DNA of 64,000 nucleotides from Phycisphaerae bacterium (GTDB taxonomy: Bacteria; Planctomycetota; Phycisphaerae; SM23-33): the NCBI GenBank assembly GCA_041946855.1, contig JBHGBE010000001.1:69346-133345 (forward strand), given 5' to 3'. The notes beneath the pieces are model-generated. The model had not been told where the DNA came from and made no database searches. It was given only the letters and a program-made list of their open reading frames with translations. Positions within the stretch are counted from its first letter, which is position 1, and each line of letters opens with the position of its first letter. Of this stretch, positions 9,776-22,900 are shown in pieces. Made by a program: the position numbers and the translations under genes.

Positions 9776-9805
9776 GCGGCCTGCGCCTTGCGCGGCCGCT
9801 TTTTT
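9776..9805 (+). terminator. Intrinsic terminator
   Basis: GCGGCC-T-GCGC-CTT-GCGC-GGCCGC hairpin followed by T6. Confidence 0.75.
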
Positions 9806-9985
9806 GTACCCGCATGGGCCGGACGAGGGGATAATAGATGCGCGTAGGCCCGCACCGTCGGCGGGCGATGGACGGCAAAGGAGACGGCCATGCCGGTCAA
9901 TCGGGCGATTTCCAATCCTGCTCTGACTGCGTTTCGGGGCGGCGTGCTACTGCCGGGCGTCGCATGTTGGAGAGGTGGATTGACG

Positions 9986-11636
9986 ATGCCGTTGCTTATC
10001 GTGTTTGCAGCCATCGCGCTGTTCGCGGGCATAGCCCGTGCGGCTGTGCCGGAGCTGCCGCGCGAGTTCCTGGACAGCTCCTACGTCCCGCCCACAGGCA
10101 ACACGATTAACGTGCCGGCCGGCGGCAATTTGCAGACGGCGCTTAACTCGGCCCAGCCCGGCGACGAGATCGTGCTGGCGGCCGGCGCGACCTTCAGCGG
10201 AAACTACACGCTGCCCAAGAAGACCGGCACAGGCTGGATCACCATCCGCACCAGCGCCGACTGGGGCCGGCTGCCGGCCGAGGGATTCCGCATCGACCCG
10301 TCGTACTCCACCGAGATGCCGAAGATTCAGGCCTCCGGCGGCACGATCATCACGGCCGCGCCGGGGGCGCACAACTTTCGCTTCGTCGGCGTCGAGATCA
10401 GGCCGACGCCCAACACGTTCATCACGAACCTCGTGGAGCTGGGGGACTCGGGCACGACGGAGCGGCCGCATGCATCATCTTCGACCGCTCGTTCCTTCAC
10501 GGCGACGAGCGCCAGGGCGCGAGGCGCGGCATCGCCCTGAACGGCAACCGCATCTCCGTGGTTGACAGCTACTTCTCCGACTTCAAGCAGGTGGGCTACG
10601 ACACGCAGGCCCTCGGCCGCTGGAACGGCGACGGGCCGTACAAGATCAACAACAACTACCTTGAGGCCGCGGGCGAGAACGTCATGTTCGGCGGGGCCGA
10701 CCCGGCCGTCAGCGGGCGGATCCCCTCCGACATCGAGATGCGGTACAACAGCTTCATCAAGCCCCGCGCATGGAAGGCCGGAGACCCGCGGTACAGGGGG
10801 ACCGCCTGGTCCGTCAAGAACCTGCTGGAGCTCAAAATCGCCAGGCGCGCCCTCATCGAGGGCAACGTCATCGAGCAGAACTGGCCGATGGCGCAGAACG
10901 GGTTCGGAGTGCTCTTCACCGTGCGCGACCAGAACAACACGGCCCCCTGGTCGACCATCGAGGACATCACCTTCCAGAAGAACCTGGTGCAGCACACAGC
11001 CCGTACAAGAACGCGGGGACTGACGGCCTGGACGTGGGCATCGCCGACTACGACGCGTTCCTGGCGGCCATCGCCAAGCCGCAGGCCGAAATGGCGGTCG
11101 TCCGCTCGCTGGTCGGGGGCAGCCACACAATCGAGACGCGGGGCATGGATTTCGGCCTGTCAACCGATGGCTTCATCGAGAACCGGGCGCTCGACACGCT
11201 GATCCTCCAAAGCGGGGCAAGCCTGCGCCTGATCGACCTGGAGCACAACGGCAACCGCGGCGGCGCGGGCGGCAGCGCGGAGGCACTGTACGCACGGAAC
11301 ATCTTCTTTGGCCCCGGGGCATCCGTCGACCTCAACGGCCTGCGCCTCTACTACCAGAACGGCGGGACGACCAAGCAGCTCTACATGGGCGACGCGACGC
11401 TCGACGGCATCGTGGACATGAAGGACTACACGACCTGGTTCGCGAACTACGGCCGTACGGCCGGCGCGGACTGGTACGCGGGCGACTTCAACGGCGACGG
11501 CATCGTTGACATGCACGACTACGTGACGTGGTTCAACAACTTCGGCGAGGGCAGCCTGTCCGTTCCCGAGCCGGGAACGCTGGCCCTGCTGGCGCTGGGC
11601 GCGCCGCTGCTATACAGACGAGCGCGGAAGAGATGA
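9986..11636 (+). pseudogene. Disrupted secreted right-handed beta-helix protein with dockerin-like and PEP-CTERM tail
   Basis: Signal peptide, GNLQTALNSAQPGD; frame break at ~10472 (PH|IIFDR); second break at ~11000 (QHTA|PYKNAGTDG); GDATLDGIVD/GDFNGDGIVD repeats; VPEPGTLALLALG..RRARKR end. Confidence 0.75.
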
Positions 11637-11637
11637 T

Positions 11638-13002
11638 TCACTTCTCCGGCTCTATGGTCAGCGTCCGCGCCTGGGCGGTGATCGTCACGCGCGGTATGGT
11701 CAAAAGGCCCACCTCATCGGGCCTGGCCTTGCCTGACTGAAGTACCTTGTCACCCTCGGCCACGCGCCATGCGTAGGACTTTCCCGCCTCGACCTTGAAC
11801 TTCTGTAGCCGCCTCGGCGTGATGTCGGCCGTCGAGGATTCCGGGATACTTACGGGCCGCGTCGTCACCTTGCTGTCGGCCAGCCACAGGTCCATCTGAA
11901 ACTTCGCCGGCTCATCGGTGACGGCCTTCCAGCGGAAGTAGACGTTGATCTGCCCGTGCTGGTCGCCTTCCTTGTTGTTCAGGCCGGGATACTTCTGGTC
12001 GCTGGTGGCATCGGTGAAGACTGGATACGCCTGGTCCTTGCGGATCGAGAGCCACGGATAGGCCAGGGCTATCGGGTTGGCCGTCTCATAATTCTGCGTG
12101 TGGCCGAAGGGCGCCCAGCAGAAAACGAGGAGGTGCCTCCCGTCGTGGCATGCCTGGATGAAGTTCTCCTGGTTGTTGGCCCACCCATCGGTTTGTGAGG
12201 AGAAGTTGATGACCGGCGGGGCATCCGGCAGGCCGATGCCGCTGATACGCCGCAGGTAGTCCGGGCCTGGGACCATCTGCGAGGTCGAGCCGACTGCCCT
12301 GCCGCTGGTGGGCTGTGTGGTTCGCGGCCGGGCCAGCAGCGGCGGGAAGCCCATCCGCATCCACACGTGGTCCACGCCGGCCGGCACGCCCGCCCAGATC
12401 GCCGCGAAGATGTCGCCCCGCGCCATGCCAAGGCCCAGCGTCCCGCTTCCGCCCATCGAGTGTCCCCAGAGATAGATGCGGTTGCGGTCGATGCCGTACT
12501 TGCGAACGACCCACTCGATCTCGGCCAGGTATCGCTGCTCGGGCGGCGCGAGCGTCGTGGCGTACTTCTGGCGGTCGTTCTGCGCCCAGAAAAGGCCGTA
12601 CCAGCCCTCGGGGCCCTTGGGGCCTTCGCAGTCAAGCGAAAGCGAGACGAACTCCGGGCCGAAGCCGTACATCTTGGTCGGCAGCGATGTGTACGCCTTG
12701 CCGCCCGCGCCGTGAAGGTAGACGATCATCGGCGGATGTTCGGCCTTCTCGTTGGGCAGGCACACGACGAACGGCTTCTTTGGCGAGCCATCCGGGTAGC
12801 CCCAGTCCTTGAGCATCTCGTGCTCGTACTTGATGACCTTCCACGTGCTGGCGCGCGTTTCCTCGACGACCGTGGAATCGAAGTCAGCCACGATCGCCGG
12901 ACGCGAGGCCGGCGCGGAGTCGGCCAGCACGGGGAAACTGAGGAAGAAGACGACGGCGGGGACAGCAAGCGGCGATATGGCCTTGCGCATTCGTGACCTC
13001 AT
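11638..13002 (-). CDS. Secreted alpha/beta-hydrolase (esterase-like)
   Basis: Signal peptide; VYLHGAGG; nucleophile elbow GHSMG. Confidence 0.75.
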   Translation of the reverse strand: MRSRMRKAISPLAVPAVVFFLSFPVLADSAPASRPAIVADFDSTVVEETRASTWKVIKYEHEMLKDWGYPDGSPKKPFVVCLPNEKAEHPPMIVYLHGAGGKAYTSLPTKMYGFGPEFVSLSLDCEGPKGPEGWYGLFWAQNDRQKYATTLAPPEQRYLAEIEWVVRKYGIDRNRIYLWGHSMGGSGTLGLGMARGDIFAAIWAGVPAGVDHVWMRMGFPPLLARPRTTQPTSGRAVGSTSQMVPGPDYLRRISGIGLPDAPPVINFSSQTDGWANNQENFIQACHDGRHLLVFCWAPFGHTQNYETANPIALAYPWLSIRKDQAYPVFTDATSDQKYPGLNNKEGDQHGQINVYFRWKAVTDEPAKFQMDLWLADSKVTTRPVSIPESSTADITPRRLQKFKVEAGKSYAWRVAEGDKVLQSGKARPDEVGLLTIPRVTITAQARTLTIEPEK

Positions 13003-13107
13003 GGTTTCACGCCTTCTTCGCCGGCCGGCAAACGATGTTGCCTCGGCCGGCGCCGCATGGAGTGTAACGGGGCCAAGCCGTTTACGCCCATGCATAGTCC
13101 CGAAAAG

Positions 13108-13416
13108 TCAAGGCTGACCCGAAGCGATGCCTCCCGGCTTCGCAGGCTGCGACGCTGGTTGAGTGGTAGGAACCAGGACGATCCTTACGAGCATGGCCCT
13201 ATGCCGCAGGTCCAAGTCATAGGTCAAGTTCATATCCTTGTCGTTGAATTCACGCGCCCTAATGCCCCACTCCGGCGGCAACTGGCTCGTGTCGATGTTG
13301 AACTGCGGACGATACAGGAATCCTCCATCGTGGATCGTCAGCTTCGTTTCGTAGGCCCGGTCGCATCCGGCCAGGAGCGCAAGGCCCACCGCCGCACACA
13401 ATGCCGCTCGAATCAT
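13108..13416 (-). CDS. Hypothetical lipoprotein
   Basis: MIRAALCAAVGLALLAGC lipobox; GAGAGGA RBS. Confidence 0.65.
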   Translation of the reverse strand: MIRAALCAAVGLALLAGCDRAYETKLTIHDGGFLYRPQFNIDTSQLPPEWGIRAREFNDKDMNLTYDLDLRHRAMLVRIVLVPTTQPASQPAKPGGIASGQP

Positions 13417-13536
13417 GTTGGTCCTCTCAATCTGAGAATGGTTCAAGAGGTACTATCCCTCCCATGCGTTCGTGCGCAACACAAAATGCCTGAGCGGTCT
13501 TGACCCCAGGAATCCCTTGCATCCCCTGCATCCCTG

Positions 13537-16034
<2,498 letters not shown>

Positions 16035-16119
16035 TCGTGTCTCCGGGGTCACGTGAATCTAGACCGGACGAACGGCGGGGTCAAGTACAGAGCCGGCGTC
16101 CTCCCGCGTATCGTGAGAG

Positions 16120-16217
16120 GGGAAGACAGGAGGACGGGATGAGGGGAGGAAGGACACGCTGGCGATGGCTTGTCCCTCTGTCCTCCCGTCCTCCCGTCCT
16201 CCAGTCTTCCCGTCCCA
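16120..16217. repeat. Inverted array of 8-mer repeats (GGGAGGAC)n / (GTCCTCCC)n
   Basis: About 4 forward units at 16120-16151 and 5-6 reverse units at 16172-16217. Confidence 0.8.
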
Positions 16218-16223
16218 ATGCAC

Positions 16224-17339
16224 TTACCGATTTCCAACGCTGCAGAAGACGTCTTTGAACACGCGAACATAGTCCCGGAACTGGCCGAGCGAGCAGCTCG
16301 GCGGGATGCGATGGTCGGGTATCGGGATGAACCCGCCCTCGGCCGCCAGCGGCGCCAGCGGCTCAAGTTCCGCGCGGATGGCCGCCTCGCCAAGCGGGAT
16401 GACGTGCTTGTTCACGCCGCCGAGCATCCGCAGGGCCTTGCCGTACTTGCGGCGGACGGCAACCGGGCTGGCCCGCCACGTGCCGACCTCGATCGGGAAC
16501 AGGATGTCGAAGCCCGATTCCATCCAGCACCGGATCAGCGGCTCGACCATGCCGTCGCTGTCGATCAGTATATGCGGCACGCCGGCGGAGCGGTAGAAGT
16601 CGATCAACCGCTTGTAGTGCCGGTGGTAGTATCGCCTGTACGTGTCAGGCGAGAAGAGCGGCCCGCTCCGCCCGCAGCAGTCCTCGAAGAAGTACGCGAA
16701 CTCAAAGCGGACCTTCTTGAGCGCCGGGCGGTGGATTTCGATGAAGAAGTCCGCGATGGTCGCGATGATGTCCTCGTACAGGGCGGGGTCGTCGTAGGAC
16801 AGGTACGAAATCTGCTCAACGCCCAGCCATTCGCGCGGCCAGCCGAAGAGGCTGCCGCCCAGGAAGCACGTTGCGTGCGTCCGCTTGTCCAGTTCTTCCG
16901 CGGCCCGATCCCATCCGGCCGGGCGACGCGACGGGTCCGCCGGGTCGAGCATCTTCCTGAACTCGTTCCAAGAGGCACGGGTGGGCTTGAGGGCCTCCTC
17001 CAGGTGCTGCGGGATGCACTCGCCGATCCTGTTGACCTTGAGGACCGCGCCCATGGCCGTGCGGACAATCCTGTGCTCCGGCGTTTCTTCCAGGACTTCT
17101 TCCGCACGGGGCGGGATGGGGCGATTGTTGACCAGGCCGTGGCAGCCCCACATGCCCTCTTCCCAGTCGACGTCCATGCCGGTCTCGGCGGGGATCGCTT
17201 CTGGACTGCTGAGGCCCTCGTCGAGCCACCGCTTCTGCGTCTGGCCCCACGTGCCGAAGAACCACACCGGCAGCCGGTCGAACGGCCGGTAGTCCATGAT
17301 GGCCGCGAACCTCCGCCGGCCGGTCATCTCGTCGCTCAC
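16224..17339 (-). CDS. Uroporphyrinogen decarboxylase-like / methyltransferase (MtaA/CmuA fold) protein
   Basis: FFEDCCGRSGPLFSP, IDSDG, FPIEVGT, GGVNKH, GGFIPIPDHRIPP. Confidence 0.8.
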   Translation of the reverse strand: MSDEMTGRRRFAAIMDYRPFDRLPVWFFGTWGQTQKRWLDEGLSSPEAIPAETGMDVDWEEGMWGCHGLVNNRPIPPRAEEVLEETPEHRIVRTAMGAVLKVNRIGECIPQHLEEALKPTRASWNEFRKMLDPADPSRRPAGWDRAAEELDKRTHATCFLGGSLFGWPREWLGVEQISYLSYDDPALYEDIIATIADFFIEIHRPALKKVRFEFAYFFEDCCGRSGPLFSPDTYRRYYHRHYKRLIDFYRSAGVPHILIDSDGMVEPLIRCWMESGFDILFPIEVGTWRASPVAVRRKYGKALRMLGGVNKHVIPLGEAAIRAELEPLAPLAAEGGFIPIPDHRIPPSCSLGQFRDYVRVFKDVFCSVGNR

Positions 17340-17444
17340 GCTCGATTCCTCTGTTCGCCCGCCGCGGCGGCGAACTCGCCAGGCGGATTATGCGGTCCCG
17401 GCGCGCGGTTGGCCAGCGATTCCTCGGGCGCTTGACAATTGCGC

Positions 17445-17473
17445 TTGACGCGGCCGGGGGCGCAAGCTAATAT
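17445..17473 (+). promoter_or_regulatory. Sigma70-type promoter of the tRNA
   Basis: TTGACG-17 bp-TAATAT. Confidence 0.55.
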
Positions 17474-17552
17474 GCCGTGCATCCAGGAAGCGCCGCCCGG
17501 CGGCGCATCCAGGCCAGGCTGCACCGAAGAGAACGTAGCGCTGCCGCAAAAT

Positions 17553-17625
17553 GCCCCTATCGTCTAGTGGCCTAGGATATCAGGTTCTCATCCTGGAGAC
17601 AGCGGTTCAAATCCGCTTAGGGGTA
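17553..17625 (+). tRNA. tRNA-Glu(CTC)
   Basis: Acceptor GCCCCTA/TAGGGGT, D-loop AGTGG, anticodon arm TCAGG-TTCTCAT-CCTGG, T-arm AGCGG-TTCAAAT-CCGCT; CCA not encoded. Confidence 0.95.
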
Positions 17626-17628
17626 TCC

Positions 17629-17660
17629 AGAAGGCCCGCTTCTGCGGGCCTTCTCTGTTT
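17629..17660 (+). terminator. Hairpin terminator after tRNA
   Basis: AGAAGGCCCGC-TTCT-GCGGGCCTTCT followed by CTGTTT. Confidence 0.75.
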
Positions 17661-17756
17661 GAACGGGCAACAGCCGGAAGTATTATTGCCATCTGTCGTT
17701 CTCTCGGCTAGTTTGCACTCCGACCGCAAACTGGCCGACAAGGAGCAATCAGTCAA

Positions 17757-19862
17757 ATGCCCCCTACCGCGAATCGTTACCCGCAGATGGTCCAGGAGTA
17801 TTACGTTAACCGCTTCCGCCAGGTACATGAAGACCGGCTGCGCCGCCGCGCGAAGCTCAGGACGCGAAAGGACGTGCTGAAGCTCCAGGCCGACCTGCGG
17901 GCCAAGGTCCGCGAGTGCTTCGGGCCGATGCCCGAGCGCACACCGCTGAACGCCCGCGTGACCGGCGCGCTGGATCTGCCGGCGTTCAGGATCGAAAAGG
18001 TGATCTTCGAGAGCCGGCCGGGCTTCATGGTGACGGCCAACCTCTACCTGCCCAAGGCCCCGCCCGGCAAGGGCGGCAAGTACCCGTGCGTCCTGGGCAC
18101 GTGCGGCCACAGCGAGGACGGCAAGGCCAACGAGCCTTACCAGTCCTACGCGCAGGGCCTTGCGATGCGCGGGTTCGTGGTCCTCGTGTTCGACCCCATC
18201 AGCCAGGGCGAGCGCGTGCAGTATCCCAACGCCGAGGGCAAGTGTACGCAGGGCCTGTGCAGCGAGCACACGACGATGGGCGTCCAGCAGGCGCTGCTTG
18301 GCGAGTTCTTCGGCGCCTGGCGGGCGTGGGACGGCATCCGCGCCCTGGACTACCTGCTGAGCCGGCCGGAGGCCGATCCATCTCGGGTGGGCGTCACAGG
18401 CAACTCCGGCGGCGGCACGATGACAACCTGGCTGGCCGGGCTGGACGAGCGCTTCACGATGGCCGCGCCGGGCTGCTTCGTCACGACCAACCTGCACAAC
18501 ATGGAGAACGAGCTGGCGGCCGACGCCGAGCAGATGATCCCGAACCTGCTGGCCAGCGGCATGGACCAGTACGAGCTGTTCATCCCGTTCGCGCCCCGCC
18601 CGCTGATCCTGCTGACGGCCGCCAACGACTTCTTCGACCAGCGCGGCAGCCAGGAGGCATTCCGCGAGCTGCGCAGGACCTACAAGCTGCTTGGAGCCGA
18701 GGACAATGTGCGGATCTTCACAGGCCCCGGCACGCACGGCTTCGCCCGCGAGCTTCGCGAGGCGATGTACGCTTTCTTCACCAGGCACGCGGGCGTGAAG
18801 GCACCCGCCGCCGAGGAGGGGCTTGCGATTCAGAAGCCCGCGGACCTTTTCGCGACGCCCACCGGCTCGACGCTCAAGGAAGGCTCGCGGCGGGTGTTCG
18901 ACTTCACGAGCGATGCGGCGCTGGCCGTCACAAAGCAGCGCAAGCCGGTGCCGGCCGGCAAGCTCGCGGATAAGCTGCGCAGGATGCTCGCACTGCCACA
19001 GCGGCATGCCGTGGCGCATCACCGCGTGCCGATCTTCTGGAGCCAGCAGGGCTGGCGAAGGCAGACCTACGGCCTGGAGACAGAGCCGGGCATCATGGCC
19101 ATCGTCACGTTGCCTCTGCCGGAGGGCACCGCATTCCAGCCGCCGCGGGGCGAGGATTGCACGCTGCTGGTGGCCCACAACGGCGGCTACGACGATCTCG
19201 CGCCGGGCGTCATCCGCCCGGAGCTCCTCAACGGCCACGGCCGGCTGTTCGCCGTCGATGTACGTGGCCTGGGCGAGTCGGCCTCCAACTCCTGCGGAGG
19301 GTCGCTCGCCGATACGCACTCGTGCGATTACTTCTTCGACTCCAATTCGCTGATGCTGGGCCAGCCGTACCTGGGCGGGCGCGTACACGACGTGCTTTGC
19401 ACGCTGGACTGGCTGGCCTCCTACGGATACCGGCGGATTCACCTCGTGGGGCGCGGGCACGGGGCGATACCGGCTCTGATGGCGGCCGTCGTATATGAGC
19501 ACACGGGAAGTCCCATCCTCTCCTCCTCACGTTCTCCTGTCCTCCCGTCCTCCAGCCGGAAGGGGAGAAAGCCAGGACAGGAGGACGGGAGGAAAGTAGT
19601 GCGGGCGAAGCTGAGGGTAACGATCCTCAACGGCCTGATGAGCTACCTGGAGATCACGCAGGAGCCGATCTTCTCCTGGCCAAGCGCCGCGCTGCTTCGC
19701 GCCGCGCTCGTGGAGTTCGACCTGCCCGACTGCTATCGCGCCTTGGCCGGCCGGGTGGCCATCGAGAAGCCCTGGGACGGCATGATGAAGGAGATCACGC
19801 CCGACCAGGCCCGGCAGCGGGCGCGAGAGCTTGGCATAGACCCGGGCGTCATTGCCGGCTAG
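17757..19862 (+). CDS. Two-domain alpha/beta-hydrolase (acetylxylan esterase-like)
   Basis: VIFESRPG..VTANLYLP, CGHS, FDPISQGER, DGIRALDYLLSRPE, GNSGGG elbow. Confidence 0.8.
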   Translation: MPPTANRYPQMVQEYYVNRFRQVHEDRLRRRAKLRTRKDVLKLQADLRAKVRECFGPMPERTPLNARVTGALDLPAFRIEKVIFESRPGFMVTANLYLPKAPPGKGGKYPCVLGTCGHSEDGKANEPYQSYAQGLAMRGFVVLVFDPISQGERVQYPNAEGKCTQGLCSEHTTMGVQQALLGEFFGAWRAWDGIRALDYLLSRPEADPSRVGVTGNSGGGTMTTWLAGLDERFTMAAPGCFVTTNLHNMENELAADAEQMIPNLLASGMDQYELFIPFAPRPLILLTAANDFFDQRGSQEAFRELRRTYKLLGAEDNVRIFTGPGTHGFARELREAMYAFFTRHAGVKAPAAEEGLAIQKPADLFATPTGSTLKEGSRRVFDFTSDAALAVTKQRKPVPAGKLADKLRRMLALPQRHAVAHHRVPIFWSQQGWRRQTYGLETEPGIMAIVTLPLPEGTAFQPPRGEDCTLLVAHNGGYDDLAPGVIRPELLNGHGRLFAVDVRGLGESASNSCGGSLADTHSCDYFFDSNSLMLGQPYLGGRVHDVLCTLDWLASYGYRRIHLVGRGHGAIPALMAAVVYEHTGSPILSSSRSPVLPSSSRKGRKPGQEDGRKVVRAKLRVTILNGLMSYLEITQEPIFSWPSAALLRAALVEFDLPDCYRALAGRVAIEKPWDGMMKEITPDQARQRARELGIDPGVIAG

Positions 19863-19976
19863 GACTTCGCGGGCCAGTCGGGATACGCGGGCCGATCCGC
19901 AGTGTTGAAAGAACATGCGGCGGTTCGCACGTCGCTGTGGACATCTTGGCGAGATGGCCTGAATAGGGAACATGAA

Positions 19977-22900
19977 ATGCTGACAAAGACTGTGCTGCAT
20001 GCATTTGTCTTGTTTGCGGCCGTTGGCCTGCTTGTCTCCAGGGCGCCGGCCCAGGGCACGGGAGCGGGCGAAGCGAACAAGGAAGAGATAATCCTCGACT
20101 TCGAGCAGGGCGGCAAAGTCGCCTTCGATGGCGCGGACAAGCTCGAATACGTCGCCGACCACGCCACGCAGGGCAAGACGGCCGGCAAGATCACGGTGGC
20201 CAAGGACAAGCCCTTCGCCATGTTCTGCGACCTGAGGAACGGCCGGAACCTGGGCGACAAGTGGGGCAAGTTCGACCGCTTCATCATGGATGTGTTCGTG
20301 GAAGGCGGGCCGGTGAAGGTCTACGCCTTCATCCGCGACACGCAAGGCAACGATTGGGACAACCGCTACAACCAGGAATTCGTGGTCCAGCCCGGCAAGC
20401 GGCAGGTCGAGATCGCCATGGGCGCGATCATCCGCCAGAAGAACCAGAAGCCCATGGACCTGGCCAACCTGACCTCCCTGAGCTTCAGCTTCAAGCCCGC
20501 CGACGACACGAAGCCCGCCACGATCTACCTCGACAACGCCCGCCTGGTCAAGGGCGCGGGCTCGTTCGAGGTCAAGGTGCTGTACAGCTTCGAGGGCGAC
20601 GACAAGGGCAAGTACGTCCTTGAGGACTGGCCCGAGGAGTTCAAGGGCAAGTCGAAGGTCTCGGTCGTCGAGGAACACGCGACGGCAGGCAAGAAGGCCC
20701 TGAAGCTTGAGAGCAACGCGCCGGCCGGCAACGTGCAGTTCACGCCGGATGTCCAGGACTGGAGCGGCTACGACACGCTGGCCTTCGACGTGTTCAACGC
20801 ATCCGACAAGCCGCTGCCCGTCGGCGGGTGGCTCAAGGCCAAGGCCGCCGACGCATACAACGATCGCAGCGACTGGCAGCGCGTCCTCCGCCCCGGCGCC
20901 AACGTGCTCAAGCTCCCCGTCGGCGGGCTCGTGGACAACAAGCGCAAGCCGTTCGCCGTCTCGCACATCGAGATGTTCAACATCTCCGTGCCCAACGCGA
21001 CGGTATTCATCGACAACATCCGCCTGGTCAAGGGCGTCGAGGAAATCGCGGTCGAGGGCATCAGGAAGTTCGACTTCGGCCCGGCGGGCGGGGCCGTCAT
21101 GCCAGGCTTCACGTGCGTTTCCAGGGACAGCGCCTACGACAAGACCAAGGGCTTCGGCTGGCTGGCTGGCGGAGACTTCTTCCGCGACTTCGACATCCGC
21201 GAGGTGCTCAACCGCCACCGCCCGTTCGACAACCTCGTCCGCGACTTCGGCAACCCGATCAAGGCGACGTTCGCCGTCGACGTGCCCAACGGCGAGTATA
21301 AGGGGTGGCTGATGCTCGCGCCGCCGGGCGCGGGCGTGTGGCACAGCACGTTCAGGCATCGCACGGTCAGCGCCCAGGGCAAGGTCATCCACGACCAGGA
21401 GTACAACGCCGAGTCGTTCAAGAAGTGGGAGTTTCAGTGGCAGGACACGGAGGACATGCCCGGCGACGACCTGTGGGAGCGGTACGTCAACCCGTCCTTC
21501 CGGCCGGTGCTGTTCGACGCGGCCGTCACCGACGGGCAGATCAAGCTGGACTTCGACGGCCACGGCGAGGCGTGGTCCGTGATGGTCTGCGGCCTGGTTA
21601 TCTGGCCCAAGGCCTCCGACGCGCAGGCGCAGAAGTGGCTGGCGAACCTCAACGACCTCCGCAAGGAGCAGTACCTGGCGATGCACGTCGAGGCGGCCCC
21701 ACCGGCCTCCGCCCCGCTCAAGGAGATCGCCGACGCACAGAAGGCCAACGGATTCGTCCGGTTCATCCACTCGCCCGACCGCGGCATCGAGTACAACTCT
21801 GCCCCGACGGCCGACGAGGTGGCCGCCGCCGGCATAGAACTGTCCGCGGCGCCGGGCGAGTACCAGGATGGGTGCTTCGGCATCTACCCGCTGAAGGACC
21901 GTGGCTCGCCGACGGCCACCGTCGGCAAGTTGACGGCCTACATCGGTGATCTCGCCGGACCAGGCGGCGCGAAGATAGCCGCCGCGAACCTGGACCTTCA
22001 GATCGTGCGCTACAAGGCAATGAACCACGACGCCACCTACACGGTGCAGCCCAAGTACATGGACAAGCTGCCGGCCGACGGCGTCGCGATCAATACGAAC
22101 GTCACGCGGTCGTTCTGGCTCATCGCCCACGTGCCGGCCGACGCGGCGCCAGGCAAGTACACCGGCAACATCACGATAGAGGTCATGGCATCCGACAAGT
22201 CGAGCCCGGTGAAGGACATCATCCCCGTCACGCTGACCGTCTGGCCCATCAAGCTGGCCGAGATCGACATGCCCATGGGCATGTACATGGTCCATCCCCC
22301 CTACTCGTACCTGGGGCTGGAGACCTCGCAGGAGAGCTACTGGAAGGAATGGAAGAACATTATCGAGGACTGCCGCGCCCACGGCATGACCAGCTTCGAC
22401 CCGGCCATCGGCATGCCGCTGAAGGAGATCAAGGACGGCAAGGCCGTCATCGACTTTGCGAACATGGACAAGTGGATGGAGCTGGCGAAGGCGGCCGGCT
22501 TCACCAAGGAGATCCACGCCTACGCGGTCGGCACGGGCTTCTCTCTGCGCCCGGCCGGGTTCGACGACCCCAAGACGCTGGGCGGCGCCGCGCGCTTCGG
22601 CCTGGCGAGCTACGGCGAGCTGGTCAAGCTCTACTTCGAGGCGTACAAGGAGCACGCCAAGGCCAAGGGCTATCTGCCGATGAACTTCTGCGACGATGAT
22701 GAGTACCTCATCCACGCCGGCAACGGCCCGGAGTACCTGGCCAGGTACGCCCAGGTGCTCAAGGACAATGCCCCGGGCATCAGCTTCGTCCCCGTCGATT
22801 CGATGTATCCCGACGAGAAGCCCGAGATGGTCCCCGTTTGGGAGAAGATGCTCAAGTCCATGGATTCCTGGGGCGCCGGCCTGCACTCGCCCAAGCTGGC

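Noticed and set aside
17553-17625. tRNA as island integration site
   Set aside because: No duplicated tRNA 3' end and no integrase in the window
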